Assembly: GCF_006345805.1 (NCBI RefSeq)
Contig: NC_043000.1
Coordinates: forward strand, 81,778,001 to 81,842,000
Reading direction: 5' to 3'
Length of the DNA stretch: 64,000 nucleotides
Source of the DNA: Octopus sinensis
Taxonomy: Eukaryota
Part shown: piece after piece, positions 14,936 to 28,270 of the stretch
Layout of the letters: every line of letters begins with the position of its first letter
Numbering within the stretch: position 1 is the stretch's first letter
The notes under the pieces: generated by a model
The model's input: the letters and a program-made list of their open reading frames with translations, nothing else
The model's database searches: none
What the model was told of the DNA's origin: nothing
Made by a program: the position numbers and the translations under genes

Positions 14936-16196
14936 AAGCTCCACCACATTAATAATGATGATAGTAATAATAATGATAAACTATCTTGGGCTATAAACCT
15001 GGAAGTAGAGATAACCAGAACATAGAAATTGAAAACAGATGCCGTCACCTCACTTTGGGAATGATTAAGAAAAGACTTTAGAAATATATAACCAAAATCC
15101 CAGAGCAACAAAGAAAATAGCACAACTAAAATTAAAACAGCTGGTACTCATTTCTGCTGAACACAAAAGAGCAATGTGAAATGAAGCACTTTGCTCAAGG
15201 ACACAACCCACCACCTGCTCCAGAAATCAAGCCCACATTCTTAGCCATGTGCCTTCACTTCCAGATATTGCCCACATATTTTGAAGAGTACATACAACAT
15301 AAGATAATATCACAGTAAGTTACGGCATGTATATATAGAGTACTCCAGGTGTTTTATTCATACAACAGAGAAAATAGAGCCAAAATATTTTCTGACCTTG
15401 AAATGGAATCCTATCCTCTATATTCTGTTCTGACAATTTGAGAAGTTACCATGAGAGACAAATTATTTGTTGCAACCTTGAGGAATTTAACTATGTGTTG
15501 TTCATTTATAAACAGGGTGTGGTACAAAAACTTTCATAGACATGTTTTATGATAGGTATAATTGAAAGAGACGAAGCAATAACAGAGATGTACACTAATA
15601 ACGAGTGAATTTCCATGTGCTTGTTCAACCTGCTAGAAATAGCAGCCAGAACTATCTCATTAAAAGTTAAATGTGATTGGATAATGTCATAAATACACTA
15701 AGTTTAAATAAAGAGTGGATCAGGGTTAGAAATTGCTCTGCCAGAGCTGACCCAGGGCTAAACAACAGTAACACATAACATCAAACTGGCCTACAAAGTA
15801 TATACACACATCTGTGGTTACATATTTATTTATGTATGGATACATGTTCATTTTTTTTTTTTTTTACTTTTTCATGAAAACATGGATTAGATATGTTGAA
15901 GGATTGTTTTACAGCCAGATGCCCTTCCTGATGCTAATCTTGTGTAGTTTTTAAGCAAGGGATCACTTCTTCCAAACAGCTTCAAAGACATGAAGTGAAT
16001 GAATGATTTATTGACAGAAGTGCCAACAACACACGAATATGCATACACACACATAAAAGGCTTCTTTTATGATTCTATCTATCAAATCCACTCACAAAGC
16101 TTCAGTGAGCCCAGAGCTACAGTAGATGTTCACCCAAGGTCATGTACAGTGGAACTGAACCTAAAACTCCATGGCTCAGGAACACACACACACACA

Positions 16197-16247
<51 letters not shown>

Positions 16248-17924
16248 TAAGCAGTGTGAATGACCACAAAGAACCTTGCAGTAAAAGATTTAACACAAAT
16301 TAGGTTATCAGGTCAACAATATTTACTGATATTAAATTCACAAAGAAAAGAAGAAGACAATAGTTAGCAGTAGCATTGGCAGTGGTGTAGTTAAGATACT
16401 GAAGTGAAGAATGCAAACCCAGCTTCAGTTTGCCTGGTTGAGTAGGGTAAAAAAAAAAACAAAAAAACTTTGTTCTATATGGGAAAAGGTATACTTAAAT
16501 TATACTAAGAGATATTAACTAAATACTACCAGATATTTTGTCTTCTTGCTCTAATAATTTAACCAATCCACAGCCCTATGTAATCTTTTCTATAAGCACA
16601 AGGCCTGAAATTTTGTGTGGAGGAGGCTAGTGGACTCCAGTGTTTAACTTGTACTCATTTTATTGACCCTAAAAGGATGAAAAGTAAAATAGACTTTGGC
16701 ACAATTTTAAATCAGAACATCAAGCCAGAAGAAATGCAAACTAAACATTTTATCCGGTATGTCAATGATTCTGCCAGTTCATTGCCCTAGTGTTCTATAT
16801 AATAAAACAACATAAAAAAAAAAAAAAATTTATCGGAAACTGACATACAAAAAATAAACTAAAAACCAAATGATTACAGAAACATCCCTCTTGAATCCAG
16901 AAACAATTTGTTACTGTTCATGTAACAAGACAAGATATGTGGGGATGGGCATTATATATACATACATGTGTGCATGTATATATAATTGCATATTATTATA
17001 TACTTTCATTTTGCAGTAGATTTCAAAGGAATCTACTCATAAAACAAAAGCGAAGTTATAACCAACCTTTTTTGTTTTTAATTTGATGCACTAATTTAAT
17101 TGTTCTTTAAATTAATTTCCTGTCCTTGATTTTTTTTTTAATTCCACGAAGTAAAACCCATTATTGAAGTGTCAAAAATAAATTCTGTTAATACCAAAGG
17201 ATATGGGAAAAAAATTCACAATATATGTGTTTGTGCTTGTTTATATCCTGAAATTTTGATTCGAACATACATTATCAATAAATTACAGTATTAAAATAAG
17301 GAGTGGTGTCAATATATCTATCTAAATGCTTGAAAGCTATACTCCAGTATGGCCACACTCCAACCAAAAAGATCCTTAATAGTAAATGAAATGTGTGTGT
17401 GCACGTGCATAATTCTGTGTATACATATTTTACACATGTATTTATATGCCTATTTTATATGCAGTATTTACATAAACATATATATAACCTTTTGAACATG
17501 GAAATGTCTGTATGTATGCAACTGAATCTATGTGTGCATGGTATGTGTGTGTGTATTCATGCACTCAAGGCAATTGGTGATGGGAGAGAGGTCGAAGAAC
17601 AAAGGAAAGTCATATCTCTTTAAAAAGAAAACCAGGAAATGATGTTTTAGACATGGAAACAGAGATTCTTCCCATACAACCCCCTGTTCAGTGGAAGAGG
17701 AGGATGAGGTGACCTAGGAGAAAAATATAAAGGGAAGGCTCTGGATACTGTATGCATTAGACAGGAAGACATCAACCCAAACTAAAGATATCAAAATCCC
17801 ACCAAGGGGCATTTTACTTACATATACCATATTATTTATTCATTATATTGTTACTGCCATCATAGTAGCAGCAATGATTGCCAAACTCAAAGGAATCTCT
17901 TCACTTGATATCTCTGTAGTGTTT

Positions 17925-18132
17925 AAGGTAGAAACATTAGCATGACATGCAAAATGTTTCATGGCATTTCATCTGTCTTTACATGCTGAGCTCAAATTCT
18001 GCCAAGGTCAACTTTGCCTTACATCCTTTCAGGGTTGATTAAATGAGTACCAGTTGAACATTGGTGTCAATTTAATCAATTTACCCACCTCTCTCGAAAT
18101 TGCTGGCCTTGTGCCAAAATTTAAAATCAATA
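17925..18132 (+). mobile_element. SINE family B copy
   Basis: gagctcaaattctgccaaggtcaactttgccttacatcctttcagggttgattaaatgagtaccag...gctggccttgtgccaaaa. Similar copies at 4478-4670, 16595-16790 and 20880-21025. Confidence 0.78.
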
Positions 18133-18174
18133 TTTCTGCTGTGCTTGCATATAAGAGATTGTATACTAAATACA

Positions 18175-18365
18175 CTTCTTGTTCAGCCCCAGGGTAGCTC
18201 TGATTTAGTAGACTTTTGACCAAAAGTAGTCCAGCCATGACTATCCTGTTTTGTATTAAGAAAATGTATCCCAAGCTACATTACTCAATGTGTACTTGCC
18301 TTTTTTTTTTTTTCTTAAGATAGTAGTGCATAATTTGTTTTAGGGAGATGTGATAGGTATTTCAA
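18175..18365. repeat. Dispersed ~190-bp repeat family D (probably a SINE or LINE tail), many copies in the window
   Basis: Recurring module ttgtttagcccca...atgaccatcc...acattatccaatgtgtcc...gagggagatttggctgctatttctag, or its reverse complement, near 3990, 9780, 11095, 15620, 23660, 36270, 36710, 38380, 41410 and 41990. Confidence 0.7.
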
Positions 18366-18419
18366 TGAATTCCAATGGTTCCCTGCTAACTTGATGAAAT
18401 ATAGTAAAAAGGTAAAAAA

Positions 18420-18740
18420 CCCATTCAGTCATGAATGACAATGGGATTGCACCTTGAGAGTTACTCTCCGAGGCACAAGTCAGGGCAAGGTTGTTTGTAA
18501 AAGACCAGTAGTTGCCCATCAATACCAGCCTCCCCTCTCCACACCACCGATGTTATCCAAGGGAAAGGCAAAGGTTGATACAGCTTGGCACCAGTAACAT
18601 TGTAACTCATTTCTACAACTGAACGAACTGGAGCAATGTGAAATAAAGTGTCTTGCTCAAGAACACAACACAGCCCAGTCCAGGAATCAAACTCATTGCC
18701 TCATGATTGTGAGCCCAATACTTTAACCACTGAGTCATGT
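18420..18740 (-). mobile_element. tRNA-derived SINE family C
   Basis: Head has an A box (catgactcagtggtt) and a B box (gagtttgattcc), then ttgtgttcttgagcaagacactttatttcac. Colinear with 55157-55492. Confidence 0.82.
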
Positions 18741-19360
18741 AACTACAATATGTATGTGCAGAATGTAGAAATATGAGATATTTCATTTGAAAAATATACA
18801 GCAAAATATTGAGCTTGAAAGAATATGCCATGTTGGATACAGCAATGACTGAGATATTACTGTACATCATAACAACACTGTAGCAATGTAAGGTGACAAA
18901 ATGGCAGTATTATAACAGCATTGGATAGAGTGCTTTGCAGTGTTGTTCTGGCTCCCTGCCTTCAGTTCAGGTCCTGCCAAACTCAACTTCACCAGTCATC
19001 CTTTTAAGGTTAATAAAGGATAAAAGTACTAATCTGGAGAGGTGGATTAGCAAAACTCTAAGGGTACCAGACAGAATAACTTATGGTAACTGTTCTAGAT
19101 TTTTGCATTGACAACATAGGTGCCAAGCTATATCCATTAAAAGGTGGTGATGTTTCCCTTGAACAACATCATTGATGTGGAAAGGAAAGACTTATCTGCA
19201 CCATTCTACCAGTCTTCCAATGCAAAATCTTATCAAAGCCTGCACATACAGATGTAGGTAAATGGTCATCCCTGATCAACAGGTACCCATACAGTAGCTT
19301 ACATCAGCACAGAATTATTAACAAATAATGGTGCAGTGATATTTCAGAATATAATAATAT

Positions 19361-19545
19361 TCTTTTATTCTTTTACTTGTTTCAGTCATTTGACTGCGGC
19401 CATGCTGGAGCACTGCCTTTAGTCGAGCAAATCGACCCCGGGACTTATTCTTTGTAAGCCCAGTACCTATTCTATCGGTCTCTGCTAAGTGTCGGGGACG
19501 TAAACACACCAGCATCGGTTGTCAAGCAATGCCAGGGGGACAAAT
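19361..19545 (-). mobile_element. SINE family A, 3' half, low divergence
   Basis: Nearly identical to 54645-54835. Confidence 0.85.
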
Positions 19546-19810
19546 ACATATGTATGTTTTTTTGTTCAATCATTTTATTTGTTTCAGCCATTAAATTGCG
19601 GATATGCTAGTGCACCACCTTGAAAGTTATAGTTAAACAAATCAGCCTCAGTACTTAGTTTTTTCTAAGCCTTGCACTTATTCTATCATTCCCTTTTGAC
19701 TGAACTGCTAAGTTATGGGAACATAAACCAACACCAGTTGCCAAGCAGTGGTGGGGAAAAACACAAAGACACACAACATATATATATGTATGATGTATGT
19801 GTGTGCGTGA

Positions 19811-19851
<41 letters not shown>

Positions 19852-19854
19852 TAT

Positions 19855-20136
19855 GGAGGCGCAATGGCCCAGTGGTTAGGGCAGCGGACTTGTGGTCGTA
19901 GGATTGCGGTTTCAATTCCCAGACCGGTCGTTGTGAGTGTTTATTGAGCGAAAATACCTAAAGCTCCACGAGGCTCTGGCAGGGGGTGGTGGTGATCCTT
20001 GCTGTACTCTTTCACCACAACATTCACTCTTTCTTCTGTTGGCTTGCTCGCTTAGCCAGTGGGGTGGCGTCATTGAAGGCTAAAACAATGGGAAGCGCAT
20101 TGTGACCAGCGATGTGTAACATCGTGATCACGTGAT
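19855..20136 (+). mobile_element. tRNA-derived SINE inserted into the internal microsatellite of a family A SINE (host ~19570-20280)
   Basis: A box TGGCCCAGTGG and B box GTTTCAATTCC. The 3' part is shared with 25700-25812. The host SINE resumes at ~20150. Confidence 0.8.
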
Positions 20137-20371
20137 ATACACACATATATAATGGACTTCTTTCGGTTTCCATCTACTAAATCTACTTTGGTTGGCCAGG
20201 GGATATAGTAGAAGACACTTGCCTAAGGTGCTGCACGGTGAGACTGATCCCAGAACCATATGGTTAGGAAGCAAACTTCATGCCATACAACCTTGTCTGA
20301 GAACAATTATAAAATATCACATTTGCCACATTGTAGAACAGCAGAGATGTTCTAAAATATATACAGAATAA

Positions 20372-20870
20372 GTGCAGGCATGGCTGTGTGGTAAGGAGCT
20401 TGCTTCCCAACCATATGGTTCCAAGTTCTGTCCCAATGCATGGCACTTTGGGCAAGTATCTCTTACTATAAGCTCTTGCCAACTTAACCCTTTCGTTACT
20501 GTACTTATTTTGAGATGCTCTCCATTCCTTTCAATTATTTTAAATATAACAAAGAATTTAGTAAAATAACTCAGTTATCATTCAACTAGTGCTAGGTATA
20601 TAAATTGCGACTAAGGTTTGGTGGAAGATTTCAATGCAAAACTTATGAAAACAGAGCCAGAGCCGGTTTTGGCCGGGTTGGTAACGAAAGGGTTAAGCCT
20701 TATTAGTGGATTTGGGAGATGGGAACTGTGTGCATTGTGCCTGTGTTTGTCCCCTGTTACTGCTTGACAACTGGTGTTGATGTGTTTACACCACCATAAC
20801 TTGGCAGTTCAGCAAAAGGGACTGATAGAATAAGTACCAGACTTGAAAAAAAAAGTACTGGGTAAATTCA
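20372..20870 (+). mobile_element. SINE family A interrupted by a piggyBac MITE
   Basis: Head gcaggcatggctgtgtggtaaggagcttgcttcccaacc. The SINE sequence resumes after 20696 (gccttattagtggatttgg). Confidence 0.8.
20488..20692. mobile_element. Non-autonomous piggyBac MITE (205 bp)
   Basis: Perfect 12-bp TIRs CCCTTTCGTTAC / GTAACGAAAGGG. TTAA duplicated at 20484-20487 and 20693-20696. Confidence 0.92.
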
Positions 20871-21762
20871 TTTGTTCCAGGTCTTCACATTCTTAGTTCA
20901 AACCCTGCCAAGTTCAGTCCTCTATCCTTCTGCAATCTAGAAAATAAAGTACCAATCAAGTACCAGGGTCAATGGTGCCAACACTCTCCTGTTAAAATTG
21001 CTGGCTTCGTATGTAAATTAGAAACATCCTCATCCTCATTATTATTATATTCTGCAGGAAAGGAAGCATGGGAGATGTGAACTTTAATTGGAAGCAGAAC
21101 TCAACCAAATTCCATCAAGTGCCACCACCAACAAGTAATTTACATAATATATGCAATAAATGAGGTGAAGGAAGAAAGTGAGTATGAGAGAATGCATGTG
21201 AGAGGGGGAGAGAACATGAAGTGGTGTACCAATTCTTCACATCACTTGGTTCTTATTAAAAGACAGGGGAGGTAGAATGGTAGCATGTGCAAGCATGCAT
21301 GCTGGCATGTGTGTGTGATTCACACAAGCCAATAAATACCATTACTGATGCCATTCAAGAAGTGCTGTTGACTAAGACTGTGTGCATGAGAGAGAGGGAG
21401 AGCAGGGTATTTGTATGCGTCTGTGTGCGTATGTGCATGTGGGTTTTCCTGTGTGATTAATTTTTATTTTTTTCACCAAAATTCAAACAGGTCACTAACA
21501 AAGTAGCACCCCCACCTTTTTTTTATTATTGTTAGTCGAGACAGTTCCTGGGATTTATGAAAACATAATATATACATATATTATGAATTGCATTCATGTA
21601 ATAATTGGATTGTAGGCTTCTCTAGTACAAGAGAGAGAGAGAGAGTGTATGTGTGTGCATCAAATGTATGCATGTGATTGTTGTATATGTTCAGTCAAGG
21701 AAATTCAAACAGATTTTTTTCTTTTTTTTTGGGGTCATACTTTACAAATCTTCACTGTATTG

Positions 21763-22074
21763 CTAATTGATTGGATTTAGTGGAAATGAGTCAGTTTGCT
21801 TTGTTCTTTCAGGGAAACCCCCAGAAATTTTGAGGCTTTTATACAAATCTGTAGTTACACAGTCGAATGCATCTATGATAATAGTGACAAATAAAGCTCT
21901 ATAACCCCAATACAAAAGCTGAAAGTTTTGCATTACTTCACAATAGATGTAAACTTTTCTTACAACATTAGACAAAGCATTCACATCAACTGAGCAGCTG
22001 ACCTCTACAACAGTGCATGACTTTTTGTTCCCTGTTCCATAGAATAATAACATTTGTTTCTGTACCAGTTGCAT
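21763..22074 (-). mobile_element. Restriction-like endonuclease fragment of an RLE-class non-LTR retrotransposon
   Basis: KKSCTVVEVSCSVDVNALSNVVRKVYIYCEVMQNFQLLYWGYRALFVTIIIDAFDCV resembles the pattern KxCxIxExSCPxDxN..K..Y..L..LQxLY..PIIIGALG. Confidence 0.75.
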
Positions 22075-22988
22075 TTACAAGCATGTATGTGTGCATGATT
22101 TGTACATGTCTATTCTTGAGCTATATATGTGTATGCATGAGTTAAGAGCACACATGGATGAACTGCATGTGTACATGTATGAATTTGTGTGTGTCTGTAA
22201 GTGCATCAATAAATTTGTGAGTTATCTGTGTGGATGTGTGACTATGCACAGTGAGTGTGAGGTGTGTATGAGGCTGGTTGGTTGAGTGGATGTTAGGAGG
22301 GATGAGGTAGGCTGTGTTGGTAGTAGCAAGGGAATACAGAACAAAGAGACCCTGATTAATACGGAAGAAAATAGATTGACACCAAGTTACTAATAGTAGT
22401 AGTAGAATTTCTAGTATCAAATAACAGTAGTATCTGAGCTCAGTGTTAGGAGAGAAGAAGAAAAGAGAGAATATGAGACAAAGTGTGTAGGTGTGAATAA
22501 GAGTGTGGATGAATGAAAGTGTGAACAGAGTGTGTGTGCAATGTGCATGAATGAAAAAGTGGGAGAGTATGGGTGAGTGAATGAAGTAGAGAGGGAGCAT
22601 GTGTATGAATGAGCAGTAGGTTCCCAATATACATGAACGAACTGAAGTCCCTATTTCAACTGGTCCAGTTCACAATAACATTCTTTATAAGGACAAATGC
22701 ATTTCCAAGTTCAAATAAGTTTTGTATTGTGATTTCTTACAGGGACACAAGGTCACAAATGGTAACTAACTAAACTGACTACCTGAGTATATAACTGGTA
22801 CTTTAATAAACGATGGAAGGATGAATGGCAACATCAACCTCAGCAGGATTTGAACTCAGACCATAAGGAAAAGTTCACCACTCTGCCAATTCCCTTCCAG
22901 GGAGAATTAGCAGAACTATTACTATTTTAGAAATTAGCTAAATTAATAGGGAAACAAAAAATTACAAGCAAAAAGTGTTTTTTTTTTC

Positions 22989-23183
22989 ATAGGCTAGACA
23001 GGGTTTGTGTGGTAAGAAGCTTGCTTCCCAACCACATGATTCTGGATTCAATCTCACTGTATGGCATCTTGGTGACTTCTACTATAACCTCAGGCTGATG
23101 AAAGCCTTATGAGTGGATTTAGTAGCTAGAGACTGAAAGAAGCTCATGCTAGCATGGAAGATGGGCATTAAACAATGATGATG

Positions 23184-23215
<32 letters not shown>

Positions 23216-23420
23216 CCCACCACCACTTGACAACCAGTGTTGGTGTGTTTATATCCCTGTGATGTAGCAGTTCGGCAAAAGTGATTGATAGAATAAGTAA
23301 TAAGCTTAAAAAATAAGTCCTGGGGTGGTTAATTTGTTCTACTAGTACCCTTCATGATGGTGCCCCAGCTTGACCACTGTCAAATGAGAGATACAAGTAA
23401 AAAATAAAAAGTAAAAGATA
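22989..23420 (+). mobile_element. SINE family A with an internal LINE-tail fragment
   Basis: Family A head and tail. The segment catgctagcatggaag...gatgatgat at ~23145-23185 matches the RTE LINE 3' end. Confidence 0.72.
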
Positions 23421-24867
23421 TCTTAATCTTTTCTAAACTTCATTACTAATCATGAAGTAAACTGGACTGACAATGAGCAAGAAAATTATTTTGTTACTGG
23501 ACTTAATGAATTAAGCAATATCTCTTTATAAAAAAGTCTTGTCTTTAAAACAGTGATCACATGAAGACTAGCACCATCTAAGTATCAACGTGTTAATATG
23601 GATATTAAAATCTTGTTTAAAAACTTATCAGATGTGTCATAATTCCAACAGACACTAAGTCCTATGTTTACCCAAATCCAGTAGATGTTCGATTAAAGCT
23701 ATTCTAGTCATAACCCGCCCTTATTTTGGTTTTATTCAGGTAGTATCTCTTTGATGATATTATCCAGCATACCCTTCATATTAAAGTTAACAGAGTGGGT
23801 ATAATCTTAGTATTTTTTGGCTGCTATTTCTAGAATGCTGAGCAACAACATTCAGGCTCATTTATAGGCTTTCTTTTGCCTGTTAATGTTTCCTTCAATG
23901 TCCCAAACAACACATTAAATACCAGAATATAAAAATGTTAATTGAATTAATAACCACCCACTCTGTTCCAATTTATTAATTATCTCCAAAACTCGACTGG
24001 AAAACATAAGCAATGTAGCCTTGTTTGAAATATAGTTATGAAAATTTAAGTACTAGATTATAGCCACAGCATCCAGTATAAACATGGGGTAATCTTCATT
24101 AAAAACACAAATTGATTTTATTTATATATAAGCCAGTCAGAAGCAGCAGTAAAAAGTGGCAGTGGCCACTCTCTCAGCTTAGCAAGATTGATAGAAGGGG
24201 TGAAAGTAATCTGTGTGGTGCAAATTATACAATGGCTTGATTAATATGGAGTTTCAAAAGCTTTAGTCTTAACAATTTCATTATTACTAACAACGTCAAC
24301 ACAACCCACCATGTCAATAACAATTGTATTGATATAGAAGGGGGGGGGGCAGTGTCCTTGATCTTTGCAGATCACATTCTAAGATTGATGACACTGATAA
24401 TGGAAATTTACATTACAAAATTACACAAGATTTTATCCTTAATAATTTCATCATTATCAACAATTCCATCACTGCATATATTTCATATTATCAACATTTT
24501 CATAACAATACATATGTGTAAAGAGGACAATGCTTTGAAGGGCCTCTATCCAGACTGGTAACACTGATGTAACCATTACCCAATCAGAACTATAAGTATG
24601 TCAGCAAGAATCATATGGGTGAGGAGAAAACAAAGTGTCTAGTTGCAGCAATGGACTCTGTAAAATGCAGGAACCATATGATGGTTGCATTTAAAGATGT
24701 TGTAAGAGCAATGAATGCAATTGTATAGATTCAACTGATCAAACATATTTGGTAATGTCTGCTCTACAGAGAGTGGGCAGATGTCATTAGTAACACAGCA
24801 GAAAAAGGAATAAGAATTCATGATGTCACTTTTGTTTTTTCCCAGTAAAATAGGTATTATGCAGAAG

Positions 24868-25021
24868 CACTAATGTAGCTAGAGGGGGGTGGAGGGGGGT
24901 AGCCCAACCTGGGCAACACCACTTTTGGGTCTGCAGTAGGCAATATGTATTTTTTGTAGGGGCCCAGGGGCAGCAAACTGAAGGTCTCCCCTGAGCAGTA
25001 CACACTCTAGCTATGCTGACG
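24868..25021. mobile_element. Decayed hAT (Tip100-like) MITE
   Basis: Degenerate TIRs CACTAATGTAGCTAG / CTAGCTATGCTGACG, resembling CAGTGGCGTAGCTAG. Flanks TGCAGAAG / TGCAGTTA. Confidence 0.55.
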
Positions 25022-25372
25022 TGCAGTTAACAATAAAAGAAAGAACATTTTTACCACTGAGACCCTACTCAGCTCTGATTCAGCAGCTAAACACCAGACA
25101 TTCTAGTTGGAACCACATTATCTTTCGTTTTTGTTTTTTGTTTTGTTTTCTTTCCAAACAGTGTACCTGAGACTGGAGTCTTGTACAAACAAAACAGAAA
25201 GACAAAGTGAGGAGGAGAGCTTGCACTGAAAGTACCTGTCTGGAGTCAGACCAGAATGGTTCTAAATTTGAAATTTTCCCCATGCAACAATAATAGATCT
25301 GAGTGAAATATAACTAATACCAATGCCAGTAGCTGTATACTATTACTCTTGGTTAGTTAATGACACTTCCAA

Positions 25373-25539
25373 CTGTTTGTTCTACAGTGCTTATCCTAAA
25401 TTCAACTCATCTATGTCCATTTATTATATAGTATTTTCCCAGGGTTAACTAACAATATCTGTTAACCCTAGGAAAACACTATGTAATAAACGGACATAAG
25501 TATGAGGTGAATTTAGGATAAGCACTGTAGTATAAACAG
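25373..25539. repeat. Foldback inverted repeat (~77-bp arms, 11-nt loop)
   Basis: ctgtttgttctacagtgcttatcctaaattc...cccagggttaac pairs with gttaaccctagg...gaatttaggataagcactgtagtataaacag. Confidence 0.9.
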
Positions 25540-25556
25540 GGTTAATTAACAATATG

Positions 25557-25816
25557 TGAACGTGCATGGCCTAGCGGTTAGGATGTTGCATTCACTATCA
25601 CTAGATTATGGGTTTGGATCCCTGATTGGACAGCGTGTTGGGTTCTTGAGCAATTTCATGTTGCTCCAGTCCCCCTTTTTGATCAGTGGGGAATGTTGGC
25701 CCGCTTGCCTAACCAGCGGGGTGGTGTCATTTGAAGGCTAAAACAAGGCAAAACACATTGTGCCCATCAACATATAACAACATCTGATAGCCTGATTGGT
25801 CACATGATCATGTGAA
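25557..25816 (+). mobile_element. tRNA-derived SINE with a target-site duplication
   Basis: A box TGGCCTAGCGG. Flanked by TAACAATATG at 25547-25556 and ~25818-25827. Confidence 0.75.
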
Positions 25817-26913
25817 CTAACAATATGTTGATTGTTGTATAATGTTTACCCTCAATTAACAAAATTTATAATCGTTAAACAGTGTTAACCCTGGGTTGAC
25901 AAATGACAAAGGGCTATGTTGTTTAATCCCAAGTTATCAGCACAGAAGTGTCCTTTGGTGTTAATTAAAATTAATGAGTAAAATCATCTAACCTTATATA
26001 ATATCATTTTTATGTCTGCTGTTTCTATGCTGGCATAAATTGGACAGATTTTCTAAATCACCATTTTAAAACTGTTTGCCCATCCTGTTGCCAACCCTAT
26101 TAGCCACCTCTTACAAGTGTTGGCAACTGAAAGGGCATCCAATCATAATTGCCTCAGAAAACCCATCCAAGTCATGTCAGCATAGGAAAGTAGGTGTAAA
26201 ACGATTATCATTCATTCGTTTTCATGTCCATTTTTCCATGCTTGTATGGGTTAACCAAATATATTGATGCATTGTTTTACAACTAGATACCTTTCAAGTT
26301 ACTAATTGTTAACTGTTATTTTCAAGTTAACAGATCTTTTACTTGACATGCTTACAAGGATGGGTGCAAAGTAAGCAAACAAGTTAACAGGAAAAGTGTT
26401 GACAACACTGCTCACAGTGGCTGCCATAGAGTGCAAATGTAAAGGAAGAAAAGCAAACATATACAAACACAATGGGCTTCTTTCATTCTTTTGGTCAACC
26501 AAATTCACTTAGAAGGCTTTGATCAACCTAAGGATATTAAAGCAGAAGACATTTGCCCAAAACACTATGCAGTGGGACTGAACTCCAAACCATGTGGTTG
26601 GAAAACTAACTTCTCAACTATACATTCATGCCATATATATATACGCATACACATACTTATACAGTGTTATACTAAAAGCTATTACAGTTGTGAAGAGGAG
26701 GATGTTCCCTTTCCCAACTATAATAACTCTTAGTATGTGTAAGACATTAAACTGGACTGAAAGTCATGACAATAAAATAAATTTTTATTCTGCACATGCT
26801 ACAAAGCTGACCTGACAAGGAAGTACTGAATTGAAAATGAGAATCTCAAAAGAAGCTTTGATATAAATAAAGCAATTTGTAAGAAATTTGGTAAACATAC
26901 ATGTGTGTGTGTT

Positions 26914-26946
<33 letters not shown>

Positions 26947-27049
26947 ACACACACATACATACATATGTGGGTGTGTATAGAATGTTTGAATATACAAATG
27001 AGAGGCAAAGTACTTATACATGCAATGGAGTAAATACATACATTAACAG

Positions 27050-27320
27050 AGGTTACAGTGCATCTCATTTCCAAGAAGGGTATAACAGTGACGCAGCCAA
27101 CTACTACTGCCTTATCAGAGTCAACTCCAACATCTCAAAGTTGATGAAGATGGCCATAAGCAACAAACTTCTTTGAAACTGTATCTCTCTTCTCAGTGAC
27201 TATCAGTAATGGCTTTTGTGACGCTATATATACTGGGAACTTAGTTTTCTACATCATTCACCAGTGGGCCTTTGCCCTTAAGAAATTTAGCAAAAGCAGT
27301 ATTGTTCTTGACATCAGCCT
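27050..27320 (+). mobile_element. Decayed CR1/Jockey-like RT fragment
   Basis: ..KKG..SDAANY..LIRVNSNISKLMK..LLSDYQ..TGNLVFYIIHQWAFALKKFSKSSIVLDIS matches the start of the RT domain (NYRPISL..SK..Q.GF..LD..KAFD). Confidence 0.7.
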
Positions 27321-27609
27321 AGTAGCAGATAAATCTCTAATCAAAGCTACCAACCTATGAGCTCCTTTTTCACATCTTTTGACTCAGTGGCTTCCTGTCA
27401 GACTGTGCAATCACAGTATCTGTTGATGAGGCTGCCTCTCTGATACACACTTTGGTTTTGCCCCTAACTTCCATCACCTCCCACAATGCTCACTGATGCA
27501 TATGATATTTCTATAACATTCAATATCTAAGCATCATCCACATGCAGTGGGGCCTGGGGGAGAATAGGTTGGGAAACACTGTCTTAGACCATATCCTAAG
27601 ATAGGCCAG

Positions 27610-28270
27610 AGAGATTGTTACAAGGTCATTCACAAACACACCCCAACCTCTGGCCAACAGATGTACTATCTCTTATGTCTTTTCTATCCATCCACCCATT
27701 TAGCTATCCATCTTCATTGCCCACTATCCTTAGGAGGGTAGTGGAGAGTAGAGTCCTCAAGCACTTCTTTCACAGGATCAATCAGAAGCAACTGTCATTA
27801 CAATTTTCAGCTGGATTCCTGAGTGTAACCAATTCAGATTATAGATATCAGCTAATCATCTGATTCTTGGCCTACCCCTAGGTCTTCTGCAGGTTAGCTT
27901 GGTTTGAAGAATCCATCTTGATTCTTTCTTGCAACATCTAAGCACTAATCACATGTCTGTAAAACTGGAGCTCAGAATTCTCAATGCAGAGAAATAGTAG
28001 CTTGACCTGGAGGGACACCCTCATCTCCAAACAACTCACCCTATTGAGTAATGTTACAGCAGAGATCCTTTTCCACTGCAACATCTAAACAGACTGTCCA
28101 GACTCATTAGTGTTCTCTCATCAACCACCCCACTTAGACTCTGCACTAATCACTATAGCCATTCCTTCCTCCAAGCCTTCTGGAATTCTCTCCTTAAAAT
28201 GGTTTTTTCCTGCAGCCATTGGCATGTAAACTGATCAAAAGCAATGTTATTGGCATCAATGTCTTTAGTT
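27610..28270 (-). mobile_element. Heavily decayed RTE-like LINE fragment
   Basis: Minus-strand remnants DQFTCQWLQEK..REFQK and RRPRGRPRIR*LADI. Confidence 0.5.
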
